A stretch of DNA of 64,000 nt, taken from NCBI GenBank assembly GCA_001795615.1, contig MGKI01000014.1, forward strand, positions 69,380 to 133,379, written 5' to 3'. Position 1 is the first letter of the stretch. Every line of letters begins with the position of its first letter. Origin of the DNA: Candidatus Yanofskybacteria bacterium RIFCSPLOWO2_01_FULL_42_49 (GTDB lineage Bacteria; Patescibacteriota; Minisyncoccia; 2-02-FULL-40-12; GWA2-44-9). Under the pieces are notes generated by a model that did no database searches, had not been told where the DNA came from, and saw only the letters and a list, made by a program, of their open reading frames with translations. Positions 27,103-37,192 of this stretch are shown one piece after another. A program made the position numbers and the translations under genes.

Positions 27103-28500
27103 TTATAACCCCTGGATCTTCCTCATAAGATAGAGCACTCTGTTGGAGTCTTCGATCTGATGCACCTTTTCGATTTTAAAATATAGGCTGAATGTTTTTT
27201 CAAACGATTCTTTGTCGTAATTAAAAAATACATCTTTTCGCGTAGAAAGCAATCTCTGAACCTGGGAATCTTCTTTCGACACAAATTCAATAATAAGCGA
27301 GTTGCCTATCCGGCTGAAGAATTCGGCGATAATCGAAAACGGCAAATTATTTGAAATGGCTAAATGGTGAACTAGCGCCAACGCAAAAACAACATCTGCC
27401 GGACCTCTTTCAACCAAAGACATTCTTTCTTTTAGTGCCCAGCCAATGGCAGGCGAGGGATTAAACAAGTCCGCGATAAGAGGCAAAATATTTTTTTCTT
27501 TGTTTTTTCGTAATCCAATATAATTCTGTTCAACTGCCGCAGGATCAATGTCAAATGCTATAGTAAAAATGTTATTGTCGGAAGCGAGACGACTAAACAG
27601 GCCATTATTAGCCCCAAGATCCCAAACCGAATTTGGTTCAATAATCTTCAAAAATTCAGATATCGTCCTTTTCTTATCTTCAAACCCTCTAACGGAGTAA
27701 TTAGTCTTGTCGTAGTAATCAGCCCATTCCGTATTTTTCGCTTCCCATTTAAACCCTTTAATGGCACGCTCCAAGTTATCAATTAGCACCAACAATCTCT
27801 GACGGCTTAAATAAACCTTTTTATCCTTCAGGGTCTTGTTTGAAAAATATTTCTGGGTTTTAGCGTGAAGATGAATGTGAGATAAAATGGAAAGAATAAA
27901 ACGGGTTTTTAGCGGCAATAATGAACTTGCCAAATCCAGAGGAACGCCGTCTATATAAATCCTGAACAGCTGGCTCAGTCGGACATCTCGATAACTCATA
28001 AGGGCAAGCGGGGCAAGAAAGTGCTGGCAGAATTGCTTATAAGCAACCCAGGGCTCTCCTTCCTTATACTTTTCAAAAGAAAGCGTATCAATTAAAATCG
28101 GCTTGCTGTCTTTAAACTGGATATTATAAGCACTGGCATCTTTCAAGGACATACCGAATTCAAGCGCCTTTTTCTGAATTTTAAGAGTTAGCAGGGCCGC
28201 GTCTTTTAACTGACTAAAGCACCACTCGTAGGGATAAGAAATAAAGGGTACTAATTCTGGTTTTATTATTTTATATCCCCCTTTAGACATCGGGACTCCC
28301 TCAGCAATCTCTTCGTGGCCTATTATAAAATCATCATTTAAAAGAGCCCCATAGAGGCCAGAGGATAAAAAATAATCAAAATTATCTTTGTGGGAAAGAT
28401 TAATTTGACGCAAAAGTGTTCTTTCGCTATAAAAAATGAATCCGCTTGGATCCCTAAAAGAGCTAGACAATTTGTCATTGTTAGCTTTATCGTTCTCCAT
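27103..28500 (-). CDS. Protein with C-terminal class I SAM-methyltransferase domain and uncharacterised N-terminal domain
   Basis: The C-terminal half contains VWDLGANNGLFSRLA...IAFDIDPAAV (motif I / post-I). The N-terminal ~250 aa (FRDPSGFIF...) match no family recognisable by eye. Confidence 0.5.
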   Translation of the reverse strand: MENDKANNDKLSSSFRDPSGFIFYSERTLLRQINLSHKDNFDYFLSSGLYGALLNDDFIIGHEEIAEGVPMSKGGYKIIKPELVPFISYPYEWCFSQLKDAALLTLKIQKKALEFGMSLKDASAYNIQFKDSKPILIDTLSFEKYKEGEPWVAYKQFCQHFLAPLALMSYRDVRLSQLFRIYIDGVPLDLASSLLPLKTRFILSILSHIHLHAKTQKYFSNKTLKDKKVYLSRQRLLVLIDNLERAIKGFKWEAKNTEWADYYDKTNYSVRGFEDKKRTISEFLKIIEPNSVWDLGANNGLFSRLASDNNIFTIAFDIDPAAVEQNYIGLRKNKEKNILPLIADLFNPSPAIGWALKERMSLVERGPADVVFALALVHHLAISNNLPFSIIAEFFSRIGNSLIIEFVSKEDSQVQRLLSTRKDVFFNYDKESFEKTFSLYFKIEKVHQIEDSNRVLYLMRKIQGL

Positions 28501-28696
28501 CTTTATTTCGTTTAAAAAACTTGTTCTGAAAATGCTGGATTTTACTTTTAAATTTAGTCCAGTAAATTTTTGTTGAAAATAAAAATCCGGCCATAGTAGC
28601 TATTATTATTTGAATAATAAAACTGCCGGTACCCGGATCAAGATAGGCATGAGTATTAAAGGGAATGATAAGCAACACAATAACTATAATTATCAT
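28487..28696 (-). CDS. Small hydrophobic protein (possible membrane peptide)
   Basis: 69 aa with two predicted hydrophobic segments. It overlaps the start of the downstream gene by 14 bp and a TATAAT sits ~15 nt upstream on the - strand. It could be spurious. Confidence 0.3.
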   Translation of the reverse strand: MIIIVIVLLIIPFNTHAYLDPGTGSFIIQIIIATMAGFLFSTKIYWTKFKSKIQHFQNKFFKRNKDGER

Positions 28697-28758
28697 AAAT
28701 ATAATTTATCATTATAGTCCCATGCATGCAAGGGGTTTCCTGATTAAAATTTGAACAT

Positions 28759-28790
28759 AAAAAAAATAAAAACCCTCTAATCTGAGGGTT
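28759..28790 (-). terminator. Rho-independent terminator of the radical SAM gene 28789-30369
   Basis: On the - strand, AACCCTCAGATTAGAGGGTT is followed by TTTATTTTTTTT. It overlaps the stop codon. Confidence 0.65.
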
Positions 28791-30369
28791 ACATATTCCG
28801 CTGTTTGGGCACCATTGAGCGAATAATATCAATCCTTTCCGGCTTATTTAAATACTCCCAAACTTTTCTGGAAACAAATTCCAGATAATTAGGGTCGACC
28901 CGTGTTTGAATGGATGGGTGCAACCAGTCCAAATCCGCTATATCAATTCCCGGCAGAAGTAAATTATTTTGAATAACATAGTCGTAGAGAACTGTGCCCG
29001 GAAAAGGAGTTACTATGGTAAAATTAACATATTCAGAACCGGCATCCATATGTTTTTTGGCAACCAAGATCGTCATTAGTAATTCTTCATAGGTCTCATC
29101 CGGATAACCAATGAGATAGCAACTGGAGACCAGAATGCCCAACGAATTTGCTTTTTTTATTAAAGCAGATATGTCATAGGTTTCATGGCTAATTTTACCG
29201 GCAGCCCACTTATCTATAATCCTTTGGGAACCGGACTCGACGGGGAATGAAAGCCGATTAAATCCGGCCTCGGCCATTGTTTCCAGCATCTCATCATCTA
29301 TTACTATCCGGCCAGTGCCGTCATTTTTGTGCAGATGTGATAAATTTACTCCATTAACATCGCCCAGCTTGAATCCAAATTTTATAAACATCTTAAAAAT
29401 GGCCAATGCTCTTTTTTTCTTGGCTAAAAGAGAATCGTCTTCAATATAAATATATTTAGCACCAAGCTCTTTAATGGCTAACGCTTCTCTTTCAACACGC
29501 TCGACTGATTGATATCGGAATTTTCCAATATTACCCATGGGCGAACCTTCTATCTCTGTGGAAATATGACAAAAACTGCAATCATAAGGACAACCCCTGG
29601 ATGTCGTTAATGATACATATGGTTGCGGCTTGTTTAGTTGGCCAACCCTGAGAACACTGCCGTGAGGACGATTTATTTCTGCAATACGATCCATGGGTAG
29701 TAAGTCTCTGGCTGGAATTGGTAGCCTATCTAAATCGTTATCAATTAGCCCCATTGGGTTGATTTTAATTCTACCATTACGCATAAAAGCAACGCCTGAT
29801 ATGTTTGAGAAATCGTGGCTTCCCCGGCGAAGAACATTACCAACTTCAACAATCGTTCTTTCCGCTTCTGAAAGACAAATGAGGTTAGCGCCGGCATCAA
29901 AAAATCTCTTCATCTGTGTCCTGGCATTTATGCCGCCCATCATAATAAATTTATCAGGATAGGCTTCCGAAATTGATCTAACCGTTTCTTCAACCATATA
30001 TGTCTGGGGGGTGAAGATAGAGCTTATGCCGATAACATCAAATTCTCGAGCTTCTTTGAGAATCATTTCTGGCGCAAGACCAACCCTCACCTTGCCAGCA
30101 GAAAGAGGAGTAACACGGTTAAAAGCTTCCTCCATCGTGTGGTGTTTACTGCCAATACAACAATCGAGAATATCTACCTCAAAACTATTTTCACGCAAGG
30201 CGGCAGCCAGATAGAGATTACCCAAAGATACTTCCGGTTTAACCGCACCATATTTTGGATCATGGCGTTGAGGCGAATACATCAGAAGAAATTTGGGGTC
30301 TTTGATATTTTTTATCAATGGCGGTGATTCTTGCTTTTTTTGTATCTTAATACCCGTCTGTATTTCCAT
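28789..30369 (-). CDS. B12-binding domain radical SAM protein (class B radical SAM family)
   Basis: The N-terminal Rossmann-like B12-binding region LLMYSPQ...LGNLYLAAAL...ILDCCIGS is followed by CPYDCSFC (CxxxCxxC). Length is 526 aa. Confidence 0.8.
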   Translation of the reverse strand: MEIQTGIKIQKKQESPPLIKNIKDPKFLLMYSPQRHDPKYGAVKPEVSLGNLYLAAALRENSFEVDILDCCIGSKHHTMEEAFNRVTPLSAGKVRVGLAPEMILKEAREFDVIGISSIFTPQTYMVEETVRSISEAYPDKFIMMGGINARTQMKRFFDAGANLICLSEAERTIVEVGNVLRRGSHDFSNISGVAFMRNGRIKINPMGLIDNDLDRLPIPARDLLPMDRIAEINRPHGSVLRVGQLNKPQPYVSLTTSRGCPYDCSFCHISTEIEGSPMGNIGKFRYQSVERVEREALAIKELGAKYIYIEDDSLLAKKKRALAIFKMFIKFGFKLGDVNGVNLSHLHKNDGTGRIVIDDEMLETMAEAGFNRLSFPVESGSQRIIDKWAAGKISHETYDISALIKKANSLGILVSSCYLIGYPDETYEELLMTILVAKKHMDAGSEYVNFTIVTPFPGTVLYDYVIQNNLLLPGIDIADLDWLHPSIQTRVDPNYLEFVSRKVWEYLNKPERIDIIRSMVPKQRNM

Positions 30370-30440
30370 TTTTAAAGAACCCTCTTAAAAATAAGTACTT
30401 GGGTCAAAAATAGCAAAAAGAGCTCTAAATAACAATCCAC

Positions 30441-30465
30441 ATAAAAAGCCCTGATTATAGGGCTT
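30441..30465 (-). terminator. Rho-independent terminator of the radical SAM gene 30485-32614
   Basis: On the - strand, AAGCCCTATAATCAGGGCTT is followed by TTTATGTGG. Confidence 0.6.
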
Positions 30466-30484
30466 GTACGGCCGCCTGTTTAAA

Positions 30485-32614
30485 TTAGTGATGGCCGGCA
30501 ATTTCTATATAAGGATTTTTACTGCCATACAGATATGCTCCGCGGCGGTTACAATACCAAACCATTTTTTGGCACCACTCTTCCCATGAATCCCATCTTT
30601 CGGTCGTACGGTCTATGCAGTAGCTATAATTTCCGGGTTTATAATCAGCAGTTCCGCCAAGTAATACGGTACGATAAACATCCCAAATATTGTAATTCAG
30701 TTCAAGATTTAAATCTTCATTTTTAAAAGGTAACTTAATAAGAGATCGGTTCAACTTCAGTGAGTCAAGGAGAACGTCAACCGGTTTATCGGAAGTCATA
30801 AACTGCATCATTACCATTTCCGCTTCCCGATAAAAAGCTTCCAGCTTATTTTCAGCGCAAAGTTTGATAAGTATATATTCTTCCGGCGGCCAATAAATGT
30901 TGAGCCATTCCTCAGAATGAAAATATTCTCCGGAACATCCCGCCTGTATGTCACGGGCCAAGTTAGCAAAAAATCTGTAAATCTCGGATAAAATGGGTAA
31001 CTCCCCGGAACAACTTGAATTTTTTACAAATGCTTCGAGCGCCTGACCATATGACACACCATAATATTCGTGCAGAGTCATGATGGGTATTTGTAAAAGC
31101 TTGTTAAAGTAGATGAGGCTGGTCATCCAGCAAAATACCCAAGCCTTGATCCATTCTTCTTTGGGCATAGTGTTGGTGGCTACAACCAGTTCCTGATATT
31201 CTTCCACGCCGCTGATAGAATCGTTGCGTTTGCCGTGATGACTGATCATTTTTGTACGAACTATCTCATATCCATAACGTTCCTGATATTCCGGATTACC
31301 CATCTCCGTATTGCGTAGAATGGTGAGAAAGTTGAGTTGGATATGATTATGCTGACCATTAGTGATGAGTGTAGAGGTTCCGTCAACAATGCTTTGATAT
31401 GTTTCTTCAGGCATCGGGAGAATAATATCAGTCATAGTATAAACACCTTCTGCGGCCAGCTGTTTCTGCATTACATAATATTCATCGAGTTTCATATTAT
31501 CCCTGCGCACCGCCTTAAGTGTCGCTGGGTTTAAAGACTGTTGAGACATAACTGTAACCCTGTTTAAACCGGCCTTGGCAAGAATTTTAAGAGCTTCAAT
31601 GGTATGCTTTTTGGGATTCTTGGAATTTTGAGTAGAGACTGCTTCCAGATAACCATACTTCGCCCTTGTTTCGGCGAAATATTCGGCGATCTGAATGTCC
31701 CGCTCAAGAATTCCAAAATTGGCATTACACAGAAATATATACGGAATCCTGTGTTCACCGACCCACATGATATCGCCGTAAATTTGTTCTAGTAAAAACC
31801 TGCTAACCCTGTCTTCGGTGGCTCCTCCCCAATCGCAATATGTACATTGAAAGGGGCAGCCCCGATCAGTTTCATACATCAGAACCCATTTTTGATCAGG
31901 AAAAACAGTCATGAGTTTGTCAAAGACACCGGTTGTAAACGGCGACGGAGCCTGGGCTAGCTCTTTGTCATTCATTCTTTCAACCTTAGGATTGAAATGA
32001 AAAATACCATTAGCGTCAACATAGCTGGCCGAGGGAATTAGACTTTTATCGTGGCAACTATCGATAGCCATCTGTTCAAGAATATATTTGAACACTCTTT
32101 CGCCTTCTCCGTGTACACAAATATCAATTTCCGGATTTAAATGGTGGAAATCCTCAGTGAAATTCATCCGCTTGCGCAGACTTTCCTTGGAACTCAAATC
32201 GACAGTTCTAACTCTTCTGAACTGTTTTTTGCTGTCAGGCACTTGCGGGCCGCCAAAAACAATAACAACCTCCGGTTTTCTCCTCTTTAGCTCCCGGGCA
32301 ATATCTAGAGAGTTCTCAAAATTCCACATGTATATACTGAAACCAACAATATCTGCATCACTGAGAAATTCAGCAGCCTCTTGAATGCGCATGAATGTAT
32401 AAATAGGCGCAAAAAATTCATAATCATCAGAGTGAGTCAAATGCTTTTGGGCATAAGCCTGGAGCATTCCCACCGAAAGAGGCAAATAGCACTGGCCGGA
32501 GAAACTGTTATTGATCTGGACAAAACCTATTTTTATTTTCTTATCAGGTTTTTTTGATTTAAACTCTAGTAAATTATCGTTTATAGTCCTAAGCGAAATT
32601 ATTCCCAAACTCAT
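30485..32614 (-). CDS. B12-binding domain radical SAM protein with long C-terminal extension
   Basis: The N-terminal B12-like region IKIGFVQINNSFSGQCYLPLSVGML is followed by GCPFQCTYC (CxxxCxxC). The protein is 709 aa, with ~300 aa of uncharacterised C-terminal region. Confidence 0.8.
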   Translation of the reverse strand: MSLGIISLRTINDNLLEFKSKKPDKKIKIGFVQINNSFSGQCYLPLSVGMLQAYAQKHLTHSDDYEFFAPIYTFMRIQEAAEFLSDADIVGFSIYMWNFENSLDIARELKRRKPEVVIVFGGPQVPDSKKQFRRVRTVDLSSKESLRKRMNFTEDFHHLNPEIDICVHGEGERVFKYILEQMAIDSCHDKSLIPSASYVDANGIFHFNPKVERMNDKELAQAPSPFTTGVFDKLMTVFPDQKWVLMYETDRGCPFQCTYCDWGGATEDRVSRFLLEQIYGDIMWVGEHRIPYIFLCNANFGILERDIQIAEYFAETRAKYGYLEAVSTQNSKNPKKHTIEALKILAKAGLNRVTVMSQQSLNPATLKAVRRDNMKLDEYYVMQKQLAAEGVYTMTDIILPMPEETYQSIVDGTSTLITNGQHNHIQLNFLTILRNTEMGNPEYQERYGYEIVRTKMISHHGKRNDSISGVEEYQELVVATNTMPKEEWIKAWVFCWMTSLIYFNKLLQIPIMTLHEYYGVSYGQALEAFVKNSSCSGELPILSEIYRFFANLARDIQAGCSGEYFHSEEWLNIYWPPEEYILIKLCAENKLEAFYREAEMVMMQFMTSDKPVDVLLDSLKLNRSLIKLPFKNEDLNLELNYNIWDVYRTVLLGGTADYKPGNYSYCIDRTTERWDSWEEWCQKMVWYCNRRGAYLYGSKNPYIEIAGHH

Positions 32615-32691
32615 ACTGTCATATTTACCTTTTAAGTTTTTAATGTTCTTACTGTTAGTTATAAACTAATAATTTATTTCTTACAATAAAA

Positions 32692-33741
32692 CTATAGTTG
32701 CTTCACCCTGTCTAGTAAATTTTTGGCTAAAATATGAGATTTCAAATAACTTTGATATAGCCTATAACCATTTTCAGCCACCCTTTCAGAGATTGAATAA
32801 TTATTCTTAACCCATAAGATCTTATTGGCTAAAGATCTGAAATCAGCCGGCTTACAAGTAATACAAGTTTCTCCATCCTTTAAAAGCTCGAGAATGCCAG
32901 TATTTGCAGCTGTCAGATATGGCAACTTCATAGCCAACGATTCGTAGGCCTTATGGGGAATAGTCCGCTGAAGACGTTCGTGGTCAGATAATTGGCCTAA
33001 ACTCACATGGCATTTCCCCATTAATATTCTTAGTTCTTCGGTCGGTAAAAAATCAAAAAAATATTCAATGTTATTTGGCCTTAATTCTTCGATCAAAACT
33101 TTTAGCTTACCGACCAGCTGACCGCCTACATGCATGATAAATCTTACGTCTTCTCCTTTAAGTAGTTCGGCTGCTCGAACCACATATTCTGCGCCGGTTT
33201 CAGGCTGTAACGCTCCCCGGAACAAAACTGTGAATTTATCAGGCTTATTTATGATTGGATCATAAAAAAACTTATCTTCATCAACGCCAATCCAACTTCT
33301 AAAAATTTTATTTTTAGAAACCTTAAATAACTTTTTAAAATACTCGGCTTGATTATATGACTCCACAACAGTTAAATTTGCAAAATGTACAGCCGCAAAA
33401 TCAAGCAGCCAATAATAAATAGCTTTCTTCGAAAAAGGGGAAGCTAACTCTCTGGAAACTATTAAACCTTCATATAATGAGCGAAATGCAACATAAATTA
33501 TTTTTTTATTGCAAAATGGGCGCATAAAAATTACCAGCAATGGACTGTCAAAGCCAATAAAAACATAATCTGTATCTGATTTATTTTTTCTAAAAAAACT
33601 TAGGGCCTCAAGATACCCGCGAACACCCCCGGATGCAACTCTGAACGACTCGACCCTGACACCATTCTCCTTCAATCCTTTTATATAAACGACATTTAAA
33701 GACGAGCCAACTCTAGTTCTGCTTATATATAATATTTTCAT
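32692..33741 (-). CDS. GT-B fold glycosyltransferase (GT4-like)
   Basis: The C-terminal block ...HKAYESLAMKLPYLTAANTGILELLKDGETCI is a GT4-type donor-binding region. It overlaps the upstream gene by 4 bp. Confidence 0.6.
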   Translation of the reverse strand: MKILYISRTRVGSSLNVVYIKGLKENGVRVESFRVASGGVRGYLEALSFFRKNKSDTDYVFIGFDSPLLVIFMRPFCNKKIIYVAFRSLYEGLIVSRELASPFSKKAIYYWLLDFAAVHFANLTVVESYNQAEYFKKLFKVSKNKIFRSWIGVDEDKFFYDPIINKPDKFTVLFRGALQPETGAEYVVRAAELLKGEDVRFIMHVGGQLVGKLKVLIEELRPNNIEYFFDFLPTEELRILMGKCHVSLGQLSDHERLQRTIPHKAYESLAMKLPYLTAANTGILELLKDGETCITCKPADFRSLANKILWVKNNYSISERVAENGYRLYQSYLKSHILAKNLLDRVKQL

Positions 33742-34514
33742 CTATTTTGTTTTAACAAACTCAACTCTTTCTGCCAATTATAATCCCCCCAATGTCTATA
33801 TCTCATCTTAATGTCCTCGTTTCTGTGGCCCGGATGACAACCAAGTTCAACAATTTTATCTGAATGTTCTTCGGCTAATTTTTTAGCTTTATCTATGTCT
33901 TTTTTGCCTAATTTACCGGCATTCACAAAACCGACAAAGTAATCGTTGCACTGCAGACCAGCCCTGCGTATCTTGTTCTTCGCCGCCGTTGACAAGAAAT
34001 TTAAAAATAACAGTTGAAGTTTTCTAAACAACTTGCCACCAGACAAATTAAACGGTTCATTAACAACTCTTATATACGGGATATTATACTCTATGGCCAA
34101 TTTTATGCATATATTCATGATCCCCGGCAACAAGTGCAAATGTTGATTGCCGTTTATAAAAGTTGGCTTTATTCCGGCCTGAATAACTTTTTTAATCTGC
34201 GCCTCAAGCTCTTGCCGAATATGATCTTTTTTAACCAGCCCTAAAATATATTTTAGAAAAAAAACACGATGATTTTTATACATTAACCCCCCAGAAACGA
34301 TCGACCTTTGTTCAACTAGATTTAAATGGGCTCCGATATTCTCAAGTCTCGCATCTAGAATTTGTTGGACGGCATCGTCAAACGCTTCCCCGTTAGCCAT
34401 TAAAGATGCCCCGCTGATTTTATTTTCTTTCAATAAAAAAATTATTCCGTCGTTAACGGACTCGTGGAGACCAAGGTCGTCAGCAATAATTTTTAAATTA
34501 GGGGGTTCGATCAT
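33738..34514 (-). CDS. YdjC/ChbG/HpnK-family carbohydrate deacetylase (NaxD-like candidate)
   Basis: N-terminal IIADDLGLHESVNDGI (ADDxG), and later LHLLP and CHPG blocks. Length is 258 aa and it overlaps the GT2 gene upstream. Confidence 0.7.
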   Translation of the reverse strand: MIEPPNLKIIADDLGLHESVNDGIIFLLKENKISGASLMANGEAFDDAVQQILDARLENIGAHLNLVEQRSIVSGGLMYKNHRVFFLKYILGLVKKDHIRQELEAQIKKVIQAGIKPTFINGNQHLHLLPGIMNICIKLAIEYNIPYIRVVNEPFNLSGGKLFRKLQLLFLNFLSTAAKNKIRRAGLQCNDYFVGFVNAGKLGKKDIDKAKKLAEEHSDKIVELGCHPGHRNEDIKMRYRHWGDYNWQKELSLLKQNR

Positions 34515-35484
34515 TCTCTAGATTTTTAGTTTCAGAAACTATATATACCGGGCGGCCTTTTATTTCGTTGAACATTTTATATAAGTACTCACCCATAATA
34601 CCAATGACCATAAGTTGAATACTGCCCAACGCCAGAACAACAATCGTTAAAGAAGAAAGACCCTCAATAAGATGTTCCGGATACAAGTATTTTTCTATAA
34701 CAACGGATAAGCCATAACCGATGCTCCCCAGAAAGATTACCAAACCTATCCAAAAAGAGATTCGGAGAGGAAAGGCGGAAAATGAGGTTACTCCGTTCAA
34801 AATAAAACTAAATAACCTTTTAACGGAGATTGGCTGGCCATATTTGCGGGCCCTTACTGCGTAAGGAACGTATTTTTTCTTAAAACCGACCCATTGAGCC
34901 AATCCTCTGAAAAATTTCTCTCTCTCGGGTAATTTTTTAATCACATCAACAACCCGTCTTTTATACAAAACAAAATCGCTGGCGTTTTTAAATTCAAGTC
35001 CTGTCATAGTGCTTAAAAATTTATAGATAGCCCTGCCCGCGACTTCCCTGAAAAAAGAATTTTGTTCATTGGTTATCCTCTCTCCGATAACAATATCGTG
35101 TCCTGCTTCGGCTTGTTTTATGAATTCTGAAATTACTTGTGGTGGATGCTGTAAATCGCTATCCATAGTTACCACCATTTCTCCGCTTGAAGCATCTATT
35201 CCGGCGCTTAAAGCCGCTTGATGCCTGAAATTCCTTGAAAAACGGATGATCTTGACCCTTGGGTCCTTGTCTGCGTATTCGTTCAAGATTTCCGAGGTTC
35301 TATCGCGAGAACAGTCGTCAACAAAAATTATCTCATAACTTTTACCGATAGAATCGCAAACAGAGTAAAGCTCCTTCATCAATTCCGGAAGGGACTTTTC
35401 TTCATTGAAAATAGGCAAAACTACCGATAAATAGATGGCCTTTGGTTGACTAATCATTTGTATAATTATACATAGCCAACCCAA
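34498..35484 (-). CDS. Polyprenyl-phosphate glycosyltransferase (GT2; ArnC/GtrB/FlmF2/DPM1-like) with C-terminal TM helices
   Basis: LSVVLPIFNEE, FVDDCSRDRT and MDSDLQHPP (DxD / QxxRW-region equivalents), plus two C-terminal hydrophobic helices. Confidence 0.8.
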   Translation of the reverse strand: MGWLCIIIQMISQPKAIYLSVVLPIFNEEKSLPELMKELYSVCDSIGKSYEIIFVDDCSRDRTSEILNEYADKDPRVKIIRFSRNFRHQAALSAGIDASSGEMVVTMDSDLQHPPQVISEFIKQAEAGHDIVIGERITNEQNSFFREVAGRAIYKFLSTMTGLEFKNASDFVLYKRRVVDVIKKLPEREKFFRGLAQWVGFKKKYVPYAVRARKYGQPISVKRLFSFILNGVTSFSAFPLRISFWIGLVIFLGSIGYGLSVVIEKYLYPEHLIEGLSSLTIVVLALGSIQLMVIGIMGEYLYKMFNEIKGRPVYIVSETKNLENDRTP

Positions 35485-35494
35485 GATTGTCTAG

Positions 35495-37192
35495 TCAGTT
35501 TATAGTCAGAGAACGGCAGTCAAAGATGTATGAATCTATATATTTATCAGTGAATTTTTTGTTCAGTTCGCATCTGGATATTAATTTCCAATACAAGCTG
35601 TTTTTGTCAATAGCCGGAAAATCAACTATCATATAGTACCCCCTGTGATAAGTGAGTCTTTGGCTGTAATCACGAGAAGGAGCTGTGTAAAATCTTCCTG
35701 TGTACTTATCTGCTATTTTTAAATAATAGACTCCCGCGTCATAATATGTAACAACATCGTTAATCTCTTCATCATTGACCACGCGCTCAACAGACGCTTT
35801 AGTAATATTGTTTACGCTACCATAAAAAGCGCCCATTAAATTTTCACTTGAAAGCAGGAGATTATAACCAACACCGAAAACAACAAAAAAGGCAATCGCT
35901 AATTTTTTCTTATTAAACAAAAGCCACAGAAAACCCACAGCCCATATCCACAAAACAAACTGCGCTGAAACATAAAATCCTATCGGCCCCGAACCTCCTG
36001 TCATAGGAATAAGAAAGTTAAAGTCCAGATCTTTGACTTTTTGCACATAGGCCTCCTTTGGGTTAAGGGGCACAATGTCGTGAGCGATAAAAAGAGTAAA
36101 GGCCAAAAGAACCGCAAAACCTAATATACTTAATAAAAGTCGTTTCTTGTCCAACCCTGAAAGCAATGAATAAATGACATGGCCGCTTATAATAACCGCC
36201 GGCGCTATTATGAACATAAAGTATCTCTCTATCGGAAGCCGGGCAAAGTCAAAAATTACAAGATAGAAAATAAAATTGAATAAAGTATAGATATACCAAA
36301 TACGATATTTTATGAAAAAATCTTTTTTTCCGCCGACGGAGACCCGGCTATGCACGGGTCCCTCTCCAGGCAAAGCGGATCCGCCTCCAGCAGAGAATAA
36401 TCCATACACCATCGGCAAAAATAAAAGCGGAGAGAACCAGATAAAAAACTTAACTAGGCGGAGAAGCAACTCAAAATAAGCTCTTGATGCAAAATCAAAT
36501 ATCTTAAAGTTGGTAGAATACTCTACAAATCTCGGATCGGTCTTTCCGTAAAATAAATAGAGCCCGGCAATAAAAACTCCTGAAATACCCAGGATCAGAC
36601 CCGCTCTTTTTATCTCCTGTGTAAATTTGCCCTTATCATACAAAGTCCACAGATACTCGATTGCCAACGCTCCGACAAAAATCACAAAACTCAACTTCGT
36701 TAACAAACCGGCAATTATCACCACGGCCAGCGGCAGAATAAATTTTTTATCGCCGTCCTTAACTGTTCTGATGTAAAAATAGTATGTTAAAAGAACAAAA
36801 AACGGCAAAACGGCGCCGTCAATGTCTATCATCAGGTTGGCGATAAGACCATAAACACTGATAACATAAAGACCCGATGAAAGATAAGCGATCTTTCTGT
36901 TATCGGTGATCTTTAGAGAAACCGCATAAATAAGAAGAAGATTTAAAATACCAAAAACAAAAGGTACTACCCTCAAGTTATCATAGCCAAACATCTTGCC
37001 GACCAGCGAAAGAGTACTCTGCATTATCGGCGGATGGGGAGAGTCAACTTCGCCGAATTCTGCCGTATATACTTGAGAAACCCACCTGTATTCATCCTGA
37101 TGATATAACTGGTCCAAGCCCAAAAATCTAGTGGCGATAAACAACAAAACCAACAGCCAAAGCCAGTAATTATTTTTTAGTATTACTGTCAT
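35495..37192 (-). CDS. GT-C fold polytopic membrane glycosyltransferase (ArnT/PMT/FlmK-like)
   Basis: 565 aa with more than 10 predicted TM helices. An acidic DE motif sits in the first extracytoplasmic loop (LYHQDEYRW), as in the GT39/GT83 families. Confidence 0.55.
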   Translation of the reverse strand: MTVILKNNYWLWLLVLLFIATRFLGLDQLYHQDEYRWVSQVYTAEFGEVDSPHPPIMQSTLSLVGKMFGYDNLRVVPFVFGILNLLLIYAVSLKITDNRKIAYLSSGLYVISVYGLIANLMIDIDGAVLPFFVLLTYYFYIRTVKDGDKKFILPLAVVIIAGLLTKLSFVIFVGALAIEYLWTLYDKGKFTQEIKRAGLILGISGVFIAGLYLFYGKTDPRFVEYSTNFKIFDFASRAYFELLLRLVKFFIWFSPLLFLPMVYGLFSAGGGSALPGEGPVHSRVSVGGKKDFFIKYRIWYIYTLFNFIFYLVIFDFARLPIERYFMFIIAPAVIISGHVIYSLLSGLDKKRLLLSILGFAVLLAFTLFIAHDIVPLNPKEAYVQKVKDLDFNFLIPMTGGSGPIGFYVSAQFVLWIWAVGFLWLLFNKKKLAIAFFVVFGVGYNLLLSSENLMGAFYGSVNNITKASVERVVNDEEINDVVTYYDAGVYYLKIADKYTGRFYTAPSRDYSQRLTYHRGYYMIVDFPAIDKNSLYWKLISRCELNKKFTDKYIDSYIFDCRSLTIN

